A DNA stretch of 64,000 nt from Geopsychrobacteraceae bacterium (GCA_963676795.2 CAXXTB010000002.1:608001-672000); one strand, 5' to 3'. Positions 52,431 through 62,030 are shown, counted from the stretch's first letter. The notes: generated by a model not told the origin, from the letters alone. Translations and numbers: made by a program.

Positions 52431-53129
52431 TTAGGCCGAAGCTTGATCCTTACAGTTCCGCTCTTCCTGCAAAGCTCTCATCCCTTTTGTGACATGGACC
52501 CTGATGATCTGTTTGGCCAATTCTTGATCACCGTCGGACAAAGCTGCGTGAATCTCTTTGTGCTCCTTCAGTGAGGCAAACAGTTCCCCCGGGCGGGAAA
52601 GGATGTTTGCTCTGAACAGCGTCAGTTTCCTGGTTATGTTTTCCAGCAGGGCTAGTAGACTTTTGTTGCCAGCCATCCTGAATATTTCAAAGTGAAACTT
52701 GAGGTTGGTTTTCAGGTAGGACTGGATATCGTTCTGCTTGGCATACTCTTCCATTTCGTCGATCAACAACTGCAGTATCTCCAGGTGGTGCCGGTTCTGA
52801 CTTGTCGCGGCTTTTTCGCAAGCCAAAAGTTCCAGCGTTGTCCTGATCTCGTAAAGTTCCAAGGCTTCTTCCTGGGAAACCGATTTGACAAAAGTGCCTT
52901 TGCCAACGCGAACCTCGACCATTCCAAACTTTTCAAGCTGTCTGCAGGCCTCTCTGATTGGTGCGCGGCTGACCCCCAACTTGGAAGACAGCTGGCTTTC
53001 GTTGATTCTCTCGCCGGGAGCGAACTCCCCGGACAAAATCAGTTTCTCAAGCTGTCTGGCAATGGCGCTTGTAATCGATTGGTTTTTAATTGAATCGAGT
53101 TCGCTAGCGTCAAGCATGCTTAATATCAT
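52431..53129 (-). CDS. GntR-family regulator (FadR/FCD type)
   Basis: PGERINESQLS..GVSRAPIREA HTH; FCD domain NLKFH...EH..I. Confidence 0.92.
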   Translation of the reverse strand: MILSMLDASELDSIKNQSITSAIARQLEKLILSGEFAPGERINESQLSSKLGVSRAPIREACRQLEKFGMVEVRVGKGTFVKSVSQEEALELYEIRTTLELLACEKAATSQNRHHLEILQLLIDEMEEYAKQNDIQSYLKTNLKFHFEIFRMAGNKSLLALLENITRKLTLFRANILSRPGELFASLKEHKEIHAALSDGDQELAKQIIRVHVTKGMRALQEERNCKDQASA

Positions 53130-53309
53130 TTATAGTCCCCTCTAAGAATCTAGATATTGTCGCCTGTCGTCTGTCGACAATTATATTTTTAACCATATAC
53201 TGGTGCGAAGTCAAGAAAGTAAAACAGGGTTATATGACATATGGGGGACGAAAATGAATATTTAAATGGTTTGTTTACGAAAAAAAGCAAAAATCAGCTT
53301 GTAAAAGGG

Positions 53310-53338
53310 TTGACCTGCGGTGCCCATTCACGTATAAA
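53310..53338 (+). promoter_or_regulatory. Sigma70 promoter of tRNA operon 2
   Basis: TTGACC-N17-TATAAA with upstream A tracts. Confidence 0.7.
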
Positions 53339-53353
53339 AACCACCGTTGTTCG

Positions 53354-53429
53354 GAGCCGGTAGCTCAGTCGGTAGAGCATCTGACTTTTAATCAGATGGT
53401 CGTGGGTTCGATCCCCCCCCGGCTCACCA
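53354..53429 (+). tRNA. tRNA-Lys (TTT), copy 2
   Basis: Identical to 46115-46190. Confidence 0.97.
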
Positions 53430-53480
53430 TTTACAACAACCTAAAGCGGAGACATTTTCCGCGAGGGATAGCAGTTATAA

Positions 53481-53558
53481 GTCCCTATCGTCTAGCCTGG
53501 CCTAGGACACCGCCCTTTCACGGCGGCGACGGGGGTTCGAATCCCCCTGGGGACGCCA
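53481..53558 (+). tRNA. tRNA-Glu (TTC), copy 2
   Basis: Identical to 46243-46320. Confidence 0.97.
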
Positions 53559-53619
53559 GACCAACAAAAAAGCCTCATCACGAAAGTGATGAGGCTTTTT
53601 TGTTGGTCTTTTATCCTTC

Positions 53620-53867
53620 GGGATTCGAAGCGAAGCGAGCGCACCCTTAATGGGTGAAAAGCGGCCATGGATGGCCGCGTCAGCGAGTGGAGGGGGGCCT
53701 GCGCAGGAGCCCGCGTGATGCGGGCGACGAAGTAGGCGAATCCCAGCCCGTAATGGCAGCGCCTTTCATAGTAGAATATAGGTCTCACCACAAACGTGGT
53801 GAGGCTTTTCTGTTGGTCTATCATCCGTCGGGATTCGAAACGGAACGAAGCGCTGACTTAATGTCAG
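53620..53867 (+). repeat. Structured tRNA-linked repeat, copy B (full, 53620-53744) and copy C (partial, 53830-53867)
   Basis: Same layout as copy A; each copy is preceded by a related terminator hairpin. Confidence 0.8.
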
Positions 53868-54052
53868 AAAAAAACCGCCCATCAGACCACCTCCAGCCAA
53901 ATAGTCCTTTCCCTGATTTTTTTTCGTATTTGAAAATATTTTGAAAACTTTAATGCTAATATTTGTCAATATTGTAGTCTTTATCTTGTAACTCCCTGTT
54001 CAGCTTCACACGATTAACAATATAAAAGCCTTTGTCGGGATGGAGGTCTGCC

Positions 54053-55012
54053 ATGAGCACTGCTGATAAACAGGAAATTTTGCTGGAAAGCGGGACCAAT
54101 GAACTTGAGATTATTGAGTTCTATGTCGGAACCCAGCCTCTGGGCATCAATGTTCAAAAGCTCAAGGAGATTATTCCTTTTGATGAATCGACCCTGACCG
54201 TTGTCCCGCAGAGTCATCCCGCAGTGCTCGGGACATTGCTTTTGCGAGGAGAAACCATTCCTCTGCTCGATCTGAAAAAATACCTCAATCAGCGTGTGAA
54301 GTCGCAGGAATCCGAAGAGGCCAGATCGGTTGTCATGGTCTGCGAGTTCAATCACCGGATCAATGGTTTCAAGGTCGAGGGGGTCAATCAGATCCACCGC
54401 ATCTCCTGGAATTCGGTGGAGCCGATGGCACCGATCCTCAATCAGTTCGGACCGCGGTTCACCGGCAGTATCCATATCGGCGATCGGGAGATTCTGCTGC
54501 TCGATCTAGAAAGTATCGTCGGAGAGCTGGATCCTGAGTCGGTTCTGGAGGCTCCAAAGGGGCAGATTGACCAGCCTCAGGACCCGGGGAAGCAGGAAAG
54601 ACGTCGGCAGGCCAAGATCCTGATGGCCGAGGATTCATCGATTATCCGCTCCGGGATCGAGAAGGTTCTGCACGAGGCGGGGTTCGATCAGTTGGAAGTC
54701 TTTGTCGATGGTGAGAAGTGCTATCAGCGGATTCTGCAGCTGAAGAAGCAGGCCGATGAGGCGGGGAAGGACATCAAGGACTACCTGAAACTGCTGATCA
54801 GTGATATCGAGATGCCGAAGATGGACGGTCTGACCCTGTGCCGCAAGGTCAAAGAGGAGCTCAACTATAAACATGTGCCGGTGGTGCTCTTCTCTTCGCT
54901 GATCAATCCGCCGATGGAGGTGAAGTGCGATTCGGTCGGTGCCGACAACTATGCGTCGAAGCCTGAATTGGCCAAATTGATCGCTCTCATCGATCATTAC
55001 ATCAGCCTCTGA
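54053..55012 (+). CDS. cheV: Chemotaxis protein CheV, second paralog
   Basis: CheW + REC; collinear with 1635-2609. Confidence 0.9.
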   Translation: MSTADKQEILLESGTNELEIIEFYVGTQPLGINVQKLKEIIPFDESTLTVVPQSHPAVLGTLLLRGETIPLLDLKKYLNQRVKSQESEEARSVVMVCEFNHRINGFKVEGVNQIHRISWNSVEPMAPILNQFGPRFTGSIHIGDREILLLDLESIVGELDPESVLEAPKGQIDQPQDPGKQERRRQAKILMAEDSSIIRSGIEKVLHEAGFDQLEVFVDGEKCYQRILQLKKQADEAGKDIKDYLKLLISDIEMPKMDGLTLCRKVKEELNYKHVPVVLFSSLINPPMEVKCDSVGADNYASKPELAKLIALIDHYISL

Positions 55013-55181
55013 TCTGTAAAATAACAAGCGCTCCCGGCAGTCAGCCGGGGGCGTTTACCTTTCATTCTCCGCGTCTCTTTCCTGAGGACCCGGGTGGTCA
55101 CCTTGAATATCCGTCGCAGGCTTGTTAAGGTTGAGTGCTGGATTTGTCCACCCTCCTCACAACTGAAACGGATAAGTCAAA

Positions 55182-57323
55182 ATGTATATTGCACTGTTAA
55201 GCCTGCATGGGTTGATCCGCGGCCATCATCTCGAACTGGGGCGGGATGCCGATACCGGCGGACAGACCCTCTACGTCCTCGAGCTGGCTCAGGCTCTGTC
55301 CCGCCAGAGCAAAGTTTCGCGTATCGACCTGATCACCCGCAGGGTTGTTGACCCTGCCGTCTGTGCAGATTACCGCCAGAAAATCGAACTCCTGGGCGAC
55401 AAGCTGCGTATCGTCCGGATCGATGCCGGCCCGGAAGAGTATATCGTCAAGGAGCGTCTGTGGGATCATCTGGATGTTTTCACCGATAATCTGGCTCACT
55501 ATTTTCAGGAGCAGGGGAGTGTTCCGGATATTCTGCACAGTCACTATGCCGATGCCGGTTACGTCGGTTCCTTGCTGGCGCAGCGTTTTGCCAAGCCGTT
55601 GATTCATACCGGCCATTCTCTGGGGCGGGTCAAGTTGAACCGGCTGCTCGACAGTGGTCTTGGGAACGATGCCATTGAGCAGCGCTTCAATATGAGTCGC
55701 AGAATTCAGGCTGAAGAGATGACCCTGGCGACGGCCCAGCTGGTTATTGCCAGTACCAGCCAGGAAGTGCAGGAGCAGTATGAGGCTTACGATTACTATC
55801 AGCCGCAGCACATGAGGGTTATCCCCCCGGGGGTCAACCTCAATCAGTTCCGTCCTGCCGACCAGGGTTTTCTGGCTGACCCGCTCTGCCAGGTTTTGAC
55901 AAAGTCTCTGGTGCGGCCGGAAAAGCCGCTGATCCTGTCGTTATCCCGGGCAGATATGCGCAAGAATATCAATGCGCTGGTTGAAGCCTACGGTCGCTCA
56001 GCGGAGTTGCAGCAACAGGCCAACCTGGTGGTGGTCGCCGGCAATCGCGACGATATCGAGGAGCTCAATGAAGGAGCCAGAGAGTTTTTTCAGGAGCTTC
56101 TGCTGACGATCGACCGCTATGATCTGTATGGCCGGATTGCCCTGCCCAAACAGCATGAGCGCGATCAGGTGGCGCAGATCTATCGCTGTGCGGCGGCTTC
56201 CGGCGGTATATTTGTCAATCCGGCCCTGACTGAACCTTTCGGTCTGACCCTGCTCGAAGCGGCTGCCTCGGGTCTGCCGGTCGTAGCGACGAACGATGGC
56301 GGGCCGACCGACATCATTGCCAATTGTCAGAACGGCATCCTGGTCGACCCTCTCGACCCGGACGAAATCGCGGCAGCCCTCAAGCATCTTTTGAGCGACC
56401 GGTCGCTCTGGAACTGTTGTCGTGAGCAGGGGCTTGCCGGGGTGCGCCGCCACTATTCATGGGAGGCTCATGCCTGCCGCTATCTGGAAGAGATCGAGCC
56501 GCTTGCCGATCGCTCCCGGCCGCTCTATTACAAGTCGCTCGATATGTCGTCGGCCTCTTACCGTGACCGGGTCTTCGTCTCAGATCTTGATCTGAACCTG
56601 ATCGGCGACGACGCCGCACTGGCGCGGCTGATCAGCCTGATCCGCAGGCACCGGACGACGACGCTCTTTGTCCTGGCGACCGGCCGCCGTCTTGATGCGG
56701 CCCTGAAGCTGATGAGGACCCACCGGATTCCCGAGCCGCATATCCTGATCGCCAGCAGTGGGACCGAGATCTACTACGCACCGGAGCTGGTTGCAGACCG
56801 CGTCTGGGCGCAACATATCGATTATCACTGGACCCCGCATCTTGTACGCAAGCTTTTGGGCGAAATCGACGGGCTCAAGCTGCAACCCCGCTCGGAGCAG
56901 AGTCGCTTCAAACTCAGTTACTATATCGATCCTGAGAAGGTTGACATCGGCCATATCGAGTCGCTGCTCCATCAGAACGATCAGTCGGTGCACGTTCAGC
57001 TGGCTTTCGGCCAGTTTCTCGACATTCTCCCCCTGCGTGCCTCAAAGGGGCAGGCGTTGCGTTATCTTCCGGCACTCAGGGAGATCCCTTTGAGTCGGGT
57101 CTTTGTTGCCGGCGGGTCCGGGGCGGATGAGGATATGATGCGCGGCAACACCCTGGCGGCCGTTGTTGCCAACCGGCATGAGGAAGAGCTTTCGGATCTG
57201 GTCGATCTTGAGCGGATCTACTTCTCCGAGCAGTCGCACGCGGCAGGCATTCTTGAGGCTCTCAAGTTCTACGATTTCTTCGGAACCTGCCGGGACCCGC
57301 GTGAGCAGGGGGCTGTGCAGTGA
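55182..57323 (+). CDS. sps: Sucrose-phosphate synthase (GT4 + HAD-like C-terminal domain)
   Basis: HGLIRG..ELGRDADTGGQ, HSHYADAG, HTGHSLG, NPALTEPFGLTLLEAAA. Confidence 0.95.
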   Translation: MYIALLSLHGLIRGHHLELGRDADTGGQTLYVLELAQALSRQSKVSRIDLITRRVVDPAVCADYRQKIELLGDKLRIVRIDAGPEEYIVKERLWDHLDVFTDNLAHYFQEQGSVPDILHSHYADAGYVGSLLAQRFAKPLIHTGHSLGRVKLNRLLDSGLGNDAIEQRFNMSRRIQAEEMTLATAQLVIASTSQEVQEQYEAYDYYQPQHMRVIPPGVNLNQFRPADQGFLADPLCQVLTKSLVRPEKPLILSLSRADMRKNINALVEAYGRSAELQQQANLVVVAGNRDDIEELNEGAREFFQELLLTIDRYDLYGRIALPKQHERDQVAQIYRCAAASGGIFVNPALTEPFGLTLLEAAASGLPVVATNDGGPTDIIANCQNGILVDPLDPDEIAAALKHLLSDRSLWNCCREQGLAGVRRHYSWEAHACRYLEEIEPLADRSRPLYYKSLDMSSASYRDRVFVSDLDLNLIGDDAALARLISLIRRHRTTTLFVLATGRRLDAALKLMRTHRIPEPHILIASSGTEIYYAPELVADRVWAQHIDYHWTPHLVRKLLGEIDGLKLQPRSEQSRFKLSYYIDPEKVDIGHIESLLHQNDQSVHVQLAFGQFLDILPLRASKGQALRYLPALREIPLSRVFVAGGSGADEDMMRGNTLAAVVANRHEEELSDLVDLERIYFSEQSHAAGILEALKFYDFFGTCRDPREQGAVQ

Positions 57324-58177
57324 AGGATGCCCGGCTACTGCTCTGCTGTGATATGGACCGGACGGTGATTCCCAACGGTCAGGCGCCGGAATATCCTCTG
57401 GCGCGCCACTGGCTGCGACGCTTCTGTCGTCTTGACAATGTCTGTCTGGTCTATGTCACGGGGCGTCACCGTGCGCTGGTTGAGGCCGCCATTGAGGCTT
57501 ATCAGCTGCCGACCCCTGACTATGTTATCGGTGACGTTGGCAGTACCATCTACCGGGTTCAGGACGGTCAGTGGTTGCATCTGGAGGCCTGGGAAGAGCA
57601 AATCGCACCTGACTGGAACGGTCACTCGCGGGAAGTTCTGGAGCAGGTTCTGAGCCCCCTCGGGACGTTGGAGTTGCAGGAAATAGAAAAACAGAATCGC
57701 TACAAACTCAGTTATTACCTGCCGTTGTCCGCGGAGCATGATCTCCTTTTCGAACGGATGCGGTCGCAGCTTGCTGAGCTTGGCGTCAGGGCCAACCTGA
57801 TCTGGAGTATCGATGAGGCGGCCCGGGTTGGTCTGGTCGATGTTCTTCCACTGTCCGCCAACAAGTTGCACGGGTTAAGGTTCCTGGTAGGTCTGCTGAA
57901 CTACGGGCTGGACGAGGTCCTGTTTGCCGGGGACAGCGGAAACGATCTCGATGTCCTTGAGAGCGATATCCCGGCAGTTCTGGTCGGCAATGCCGGCGCA
58001 GAGATGAGAGCGCAGGCCCTCAGTCGTGCCCGAATGGCCGGCTTTCCGGAACGGCTCTATCTGGCCCGGGCGGGTAGCGAAGGGCTGGGGAATTACGCAT
58101 CGGGGGTATTGCAGGGCGTGGCGCATTTTTTTCCGCGTTTCGCGCTCATAATAGAAGAGCTGACCTGTTGCCGGTGA
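57320..58177 (+). CDS. spp: HAD-IIB phosphatase, probable sucrose-phosphate phosphatase
   Basis: CDMDRT, VTGR, KLSYY, AGDSGND; overlaps the sps stop. Confidence 0.85.
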   Translation: MKDARLLLCCDMDRTVIPNGQAPEYPLARHWLRRFCRLDNVCLVYVTGRHRALVEAAIEAYQLPTPDYVIGDVGSTIYRVQDGQWLHLEAWEEQIAPDWNGHSREVLEQVLSPLGTLELQEIEKQNRYKLSYYLPLSAEHDLLFERMRSQLAELGVRANLIWSIDEAARVGLVDVLPLSANKLHGLRFLVGLLNYGLDEVLFAGDSGNDLDVLESDIPAVLVGNAGAEMRAQALSRARMAGFPERLYLARAGSEGLGNYASGVLQGVAHFFPRFALIIEELTCCR

Positions 58178-58219
58178 GTAGCGCAACGTCAAAGGGATGT
58201 AACCGAAAAGCCGACAGGG

Positions 58220-60181
58220 GTGAATATGTACGAACAGGTGGCCCATTCTCTGCTGAACGATATTCTGAATCGTATTCAGCCCGAAATCTCGAAAGAGGAT
58301 CTGCGTCATTTCTATACCCGCCTCGGGGCCAATTTCTATGCTATTCATGCCCTCTTTGAAAAACTTTACGGCAGTCGCAGTGACTTTGTCGACCAGGCCC
58401 AGGCGCTGGTTGAAACCATGGCCCGGCAGTATATCGCCAGGCCGGCGCACCTGCGCCAGCTTGATCTGGAGCGGGAGAGGGACTACAACTGGTTTTTAAG
58501 TCAGAAGTGGGTCGGCATGGCCCTCTACTGTGACGGCTTTGCCGATAACCTGTCAGGCCTGCGTCAGCGTCTCGGCTACTTTCAGGAGCTGGGAGTCAAC
58601 CTGGTTCATGTCATGCCGATCATGCGCTGTCCGCCGGGAAAGAGCGACGGCGGCTATGCGATCAGTGATTTCCGCGAGATCGATCCGGCCGTAGGCACGC
58701 TTGGTGACCTGGATGCGCTGGCGGCCGAGATGCGCGAACGTGGCATCCTGCTGGTCCTCGATGTTGTCGTCAATCATACCTCGGACAGTCATTTCTGGGC
58801 GCTCAAGGCGCGCACCGGCGATCCACGTTATCTCGATTACTATTACACCTTCAAGACCCGCAACGTGCCTGACATGTTCGAGCAGAGCATGCCGGAGATC
58901 TTCCCTGAAACCTCGCCCGGCAATTTTACCTGGGACGAGTCGATGCAGCGCTGGGTGATGACCGTTTTCAACGATTTTCAGTGGGATCTCAACTATTCCA
59001 ACCCGGCAGTTTTTATTGAGATGCTTAACATTCTGCTATTCTGGGCCAATCGCGGGGCGGACGTCCTGCGCCTTGACGCAGTGGCCTTCCTGTGGAAGAA
59101 GATCGGCAGCACCTGTCAGAATGAGCGAGAGGCGCACCTGATCCTGCAACTGTTCAAGGATTGTTGTCAGGTGACGGCCCCAGGGGTGGTTTTCATCGCC
59201 GAAGCGATTGTCGCTCCGACTGAGATGATCAAGTATTTCGGTGAGGATGCCGTCATTGCCAAGGAGTGCGAGATCGCTTACAACGCAACCTTCATGGCTC
59301 TGTTGTGGGAAGCTGTGGCGACTAAGAACGCGCGGCTGCTCAATCAGGGGATCAGGAACCTGCCGAGTAAGCTGGACCGGGCGACCTGGCTCAATTATAT
59401 CCGTTGTCATGATGATATCGGCTTCGGATTTGATGATCGAGACATTGTCCAGTGCGGTTATAATCCGTTGGAACACCGCAGATTCCTGGTCGACTACTTT
59501 ACCGGCAAGTTTCCCGGATCCCACGCGCGTGGCTTGCCGTTCGGCCAGAATGACAAAACCGGCGACGCCAGGATCTCCGGTTCCCTGGCGTCCCTGGCTG
59601 GCCTTGAGTACGCCCTCGAGCTGGGCGACGATCAGGCCGTCAACGATGCCATCAAGCTGATCCTGCTGCTGCATGGCATGATCCTCTCCTTCGGCGGTAT
59701 TCCGTTGCTCTATTACGGGGATGCCATGGGGGTGCTCAATGATGATTCCTATGTCAACGATCCGGACAAGCAGGGGGACAGCCGCTGGGTTCACCGCCCT
59801 TCAATCGACTGGGAGCAGGCCGCCCGCCGGCATCTGCCGGATACCCTGGAATACAAGATTTTCAGCGAGCTGAAAAAGATGATCTCTGTGCGCAAGGAGA
59901 TCTCCTGTTTTGCCGATTTCAACAACCGTGAGCTGATCGATGTCGGTAATCCGCACCTGTTTGTCTATGGCCGTTACTGTCCCGGCTATTCCGGCGACCA
60001 GGTTCTGGTTGTTGCCAATTTCAGTGAGTATCCCCAGTCCCTTGAGTTTGCCGATCTCGGCAGCTGGACCCCCAAGTATGGCAAGTTTGTCGACCTGGTA
60101 CGCGGCGAGGCTCCCGAGCACTTCAATGAGAGCCTGGTCGTGCCCGGCTATGATTTTTACTGGCTGACCGACAGAACCTAG
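58220..60181 (+). CDS. GH13 amylosucrase / sucrose hydrolase
   Basis: SDGGYA, VVNHTS, FQWDLNY, LRLDAVAF, AEAIV, RCHDDIG. Confidence 0.88.
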   Translation: MNMYEQVAHSLLNDILNRIQPEISKEDLRHFYTRLGANFYAIHALFEKLYGSRSDFVDQAQALVETMARQYIARPAHLRQLDLERERDYNWFLSQKWVGMALYCDGFADNLSGLRQRLGYFQELGVNLVHVMPIMRCPPGKSDGGYAISDFREIDPAVGTLGDLDALAAEMRERGILLVLDVVVNHTSDSHFWALKARTGDPRYLDYYYTFKTRNVPDMFEQSMPEIFPETSPGNFTWDESMQRWVMTVFNDFQWDLNYSNPAVFIEMLNILLFWANRGADVLRLDAVAFLWKKIGSTCQNEREAHLILQLFKDCCQVTAPGVVFIAEAIVAPTEMIKYFGEDAVIAKECEIAYNATFMALLWEAVATKNARLLNQGIRNLPSKLDRATWLNYIRCHDDIGFGFDDRDIVQCGYNPLEHRRFLVDYFTGKFPGSHARGLPFGQNDKTGDARISGSLASLAGLEYALELGDDQAVNDAIKLILLLHGMILSFGGIPLLYYGDAMGVLNDDSYVNDPDKQGDSRWVHRPSIDWEQAARRHLPDTLEYKIFSELKKMISVRKEISCFADFNNRELIDVGNPHLFVYGRYCPGYSGDQVLVVANFSEYPQSLEFADLGSWTPKYGKFVDLVRGEAPEHFNESLVVPGYDFYWLTDRT

Positions 60182-61005
60182 CAGGCTGAGCTAAGCTCCC
60201 GAGCGAGGATCATCAGTTTTCTTTCGATGCCCCAGTGGTAGCCACCCGGGGTCCCGTCTGAGCGCAGGACTCGGTGGCAGGGGATCAGGTAGGCGAGGGG
60301 ATTGCGGCCAACTGCATTGGCCACGGCCCGGTGGGCTCCCGGCTCGTCGATGCGGGTCGCCAGGTCGCTGTAACTTATGAGCGAACCCGCAGGGATTTTG
60401 AGCAGCGCCCGCCAGACCTTGATCTGGAAATTGGTTCCTTTGAGCAACAGCGGTAACGGAGCCTTGCGGCTGTTGTGCTGTGGGAAAATTTGAATGAAGG
60501 TTTCGCCGGTCCGCTGCCGGTCTGCGTAGAGTGTTGCTTCCGGCCAGTCGCTGTGTAACCTGGCCAGGGCCTGATGGGGGCTGTCGTCGATGAACTCCAG
60601 GCTACAGATCCCGCGTCCTGTTACTGCCAGCAGGCACGGTCCGAAGGGACTGGGGTGGATAGCATAGTAGATCTGCAGGTGTTTCCCCCAGTTGCGGTAT
60701 TCGCCCGGGGTCACGGCATCGACGCTGACCAGCAGATCGTGCAGGCGGCTGGGGCTGCTCAAGCCGAGTTCAAAGCTGGCATCGAGAAGCGAAACTGAGC
60801 GGTTGAGAACCGACTTGGCCTGCTGGTTGAGCAGGTGCTGGCAGAAGCGTTTGGGGCTGATCCCCGCATATTCTTTGAAGAGCCGTTGGAAATGGTAGGG
60901 GCTCAGGCCCGCTTTTTCGGCGCATTCTTCCAGCGACGGCTGGCGACTGTATTCTTCCCTGAGAAAATTGATGGCAGCGGCGATACGCTTGAAATTGTCA
61001 GCCAT
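60178..61005 (-). CDS. AraC-HTH + methylated-DNA-protein-cysteine methyltransferase (Ada/Ogt-like)
   Basis: LSPYHFQRLF, GTNFQIKVW, IPCHRV active site. Confidence 0.92.
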   Translation of the reverse strand: MADNFKRIAAAINFLREEYSRQPSLEECAEKAGLSPYHFQRLFKEYAGISPKRFCQHLLNQQAKSVLNRSVSLLDASFELGLSSPSRLHDLLVSVDAVTPGEYRNWGKHLQIYYAIHPSPFGPCLLAVTGRGICSLEFIDDSPHQALARLHSDWPEATLYADRQRTGETFIQIFPQHNSRKAPLPLLLKGTNFQIKVWRALLKIPAGSLISYSDLATRIDEPGAHRAVANAVGRNPLAYLIPCHRVLRSDGTPGGYHWGIERKLMILARELSSAC

Positions 61006-61158
61006 TCCTGCTCCTTTGACAGTGTTGCTTGACGGTAGCAGCTCAGCTTTTGCAGGCCAATCCGATTCTTGTGATTTTTTGTATTTTTTTGCTTGCAACT
61101 TTTCAGGACTTTAGGTATTTAATTGCCACTCGCGCCTCAGCGCGTTTTTTTTGCGCTA

Positions 61159-61236
61159 GTCCCTATCGTCTAGCCTGGCCTAGGACACCGCCCTTTCACG
61201 GCGGCGACGGGGGTTCGAATCCCCCTGGGGACGCCA
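61159..61236 (+). tRNA. tRNA-Glu (TTC), copy 3
   Basis: Identical to the other two copies. Confidence 0.97.
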
Positions 61237-61294
61237 ATTAAAAAATCAGTCTCACCATGATAAATGGTGGGACTTTTTTTTACCTGCTTCTGTC

Positions 61295-61317
61295 GGGATT
61301 CGAAGCGAAGCGAGCGC
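61295..61317 (+). repeat. Truncated tRNA-linked repeat, copy D
   Basis: GGGATTCGAAGCGAAGCGAGCGC after a terminator, identical to the start of copy B. Confidence 0.7.
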
Positions 61318-61464
61318 CACCCGACTGTCCGGCGGGATTTCAGATTTTAAATCTCAGATCTCAAATTCTTTTCCTTTGAACTTCTCCCCAAACTTCTCTA
61401 CCCTTGATTTCATTCACATTTGATTTGTCAGAAATCTCATAAAAACGATTGGCTATATAATTCA

Positions 61465-61944
61465 ATGACAGAAAAGAAAACCCTTGTTGAAATCTTCTCC
61501 GACGGAGCCTGTTCCGGCAACCCCGGCCCTGGCGGATTCGGAACCATCCTGCGCAGCGGACAGCACGAAAAAGAGCTGTCCGGCTTCGAGGCCGAAACTA
61601 CAAACAACCGTATGGAACTGCTCGGTGCGATTACCGGCCTGGAAGCCCTCAAGCGTCCCTGCCAGGTGCGCCTGGTCACCGACTCCCAGTATGTCGTCAA
61701 GGGGATGACCGAATGGATCGCCGGCTGGCAGAAAAAAGGCTGGAAGAACTCCAAGAAGGAGGAGGTCGCCAATCGGGATCTCTGGGAACGCCTGTTGAGT
61801 GCGGCGAAGCAACATAGCGTCGACTGGGTCTGGGTCAAAGGACACGCCGGTCATGAGGAGAACGAACGCTGTGATGAACTGGCCAGGCTGGAAATCAGTA
61901 AGGCTTCTGCTAAGCTTGATAATCAGGTTGTGAAAAAAATATAA
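61465..61944 (+). CDS. rnhA: Ribonuclease HI
   Basis: [38 protein letters not shown]. Confidence 0.97.
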   Translation: MTEKKTLVEIFSDGACSGNPGPGGFGTILRSGQHEKELSGFEAETTNNRMELLGAITGLEALKRPCQVRLVTDSQYVVKGMTEWIAGWQKKGWKNSKKEEVANRDLWERLLSAAKQHSVDWVWVKGHAGHEENERCDELARLEISKASAKLDNQVVKKI

Positions 61945-62030
61945 CCAGACGGGTTCTCTATCGCTGGTGAGCTATGCTAGTATTCGCAAGATTGTAAGAT
62001 TCATTGTTATCTCCTTAGCCGGGAGTCTTC

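Noticed and set aside
46321..53900. Repeats after the tRNAs as a CRISPR array, integron attC sites or prophage att sites
   Set aside because: No regular repeat-spacer period, no cas, integrase or phage genes, and no RYYYAAC/GTTRRRY ends.
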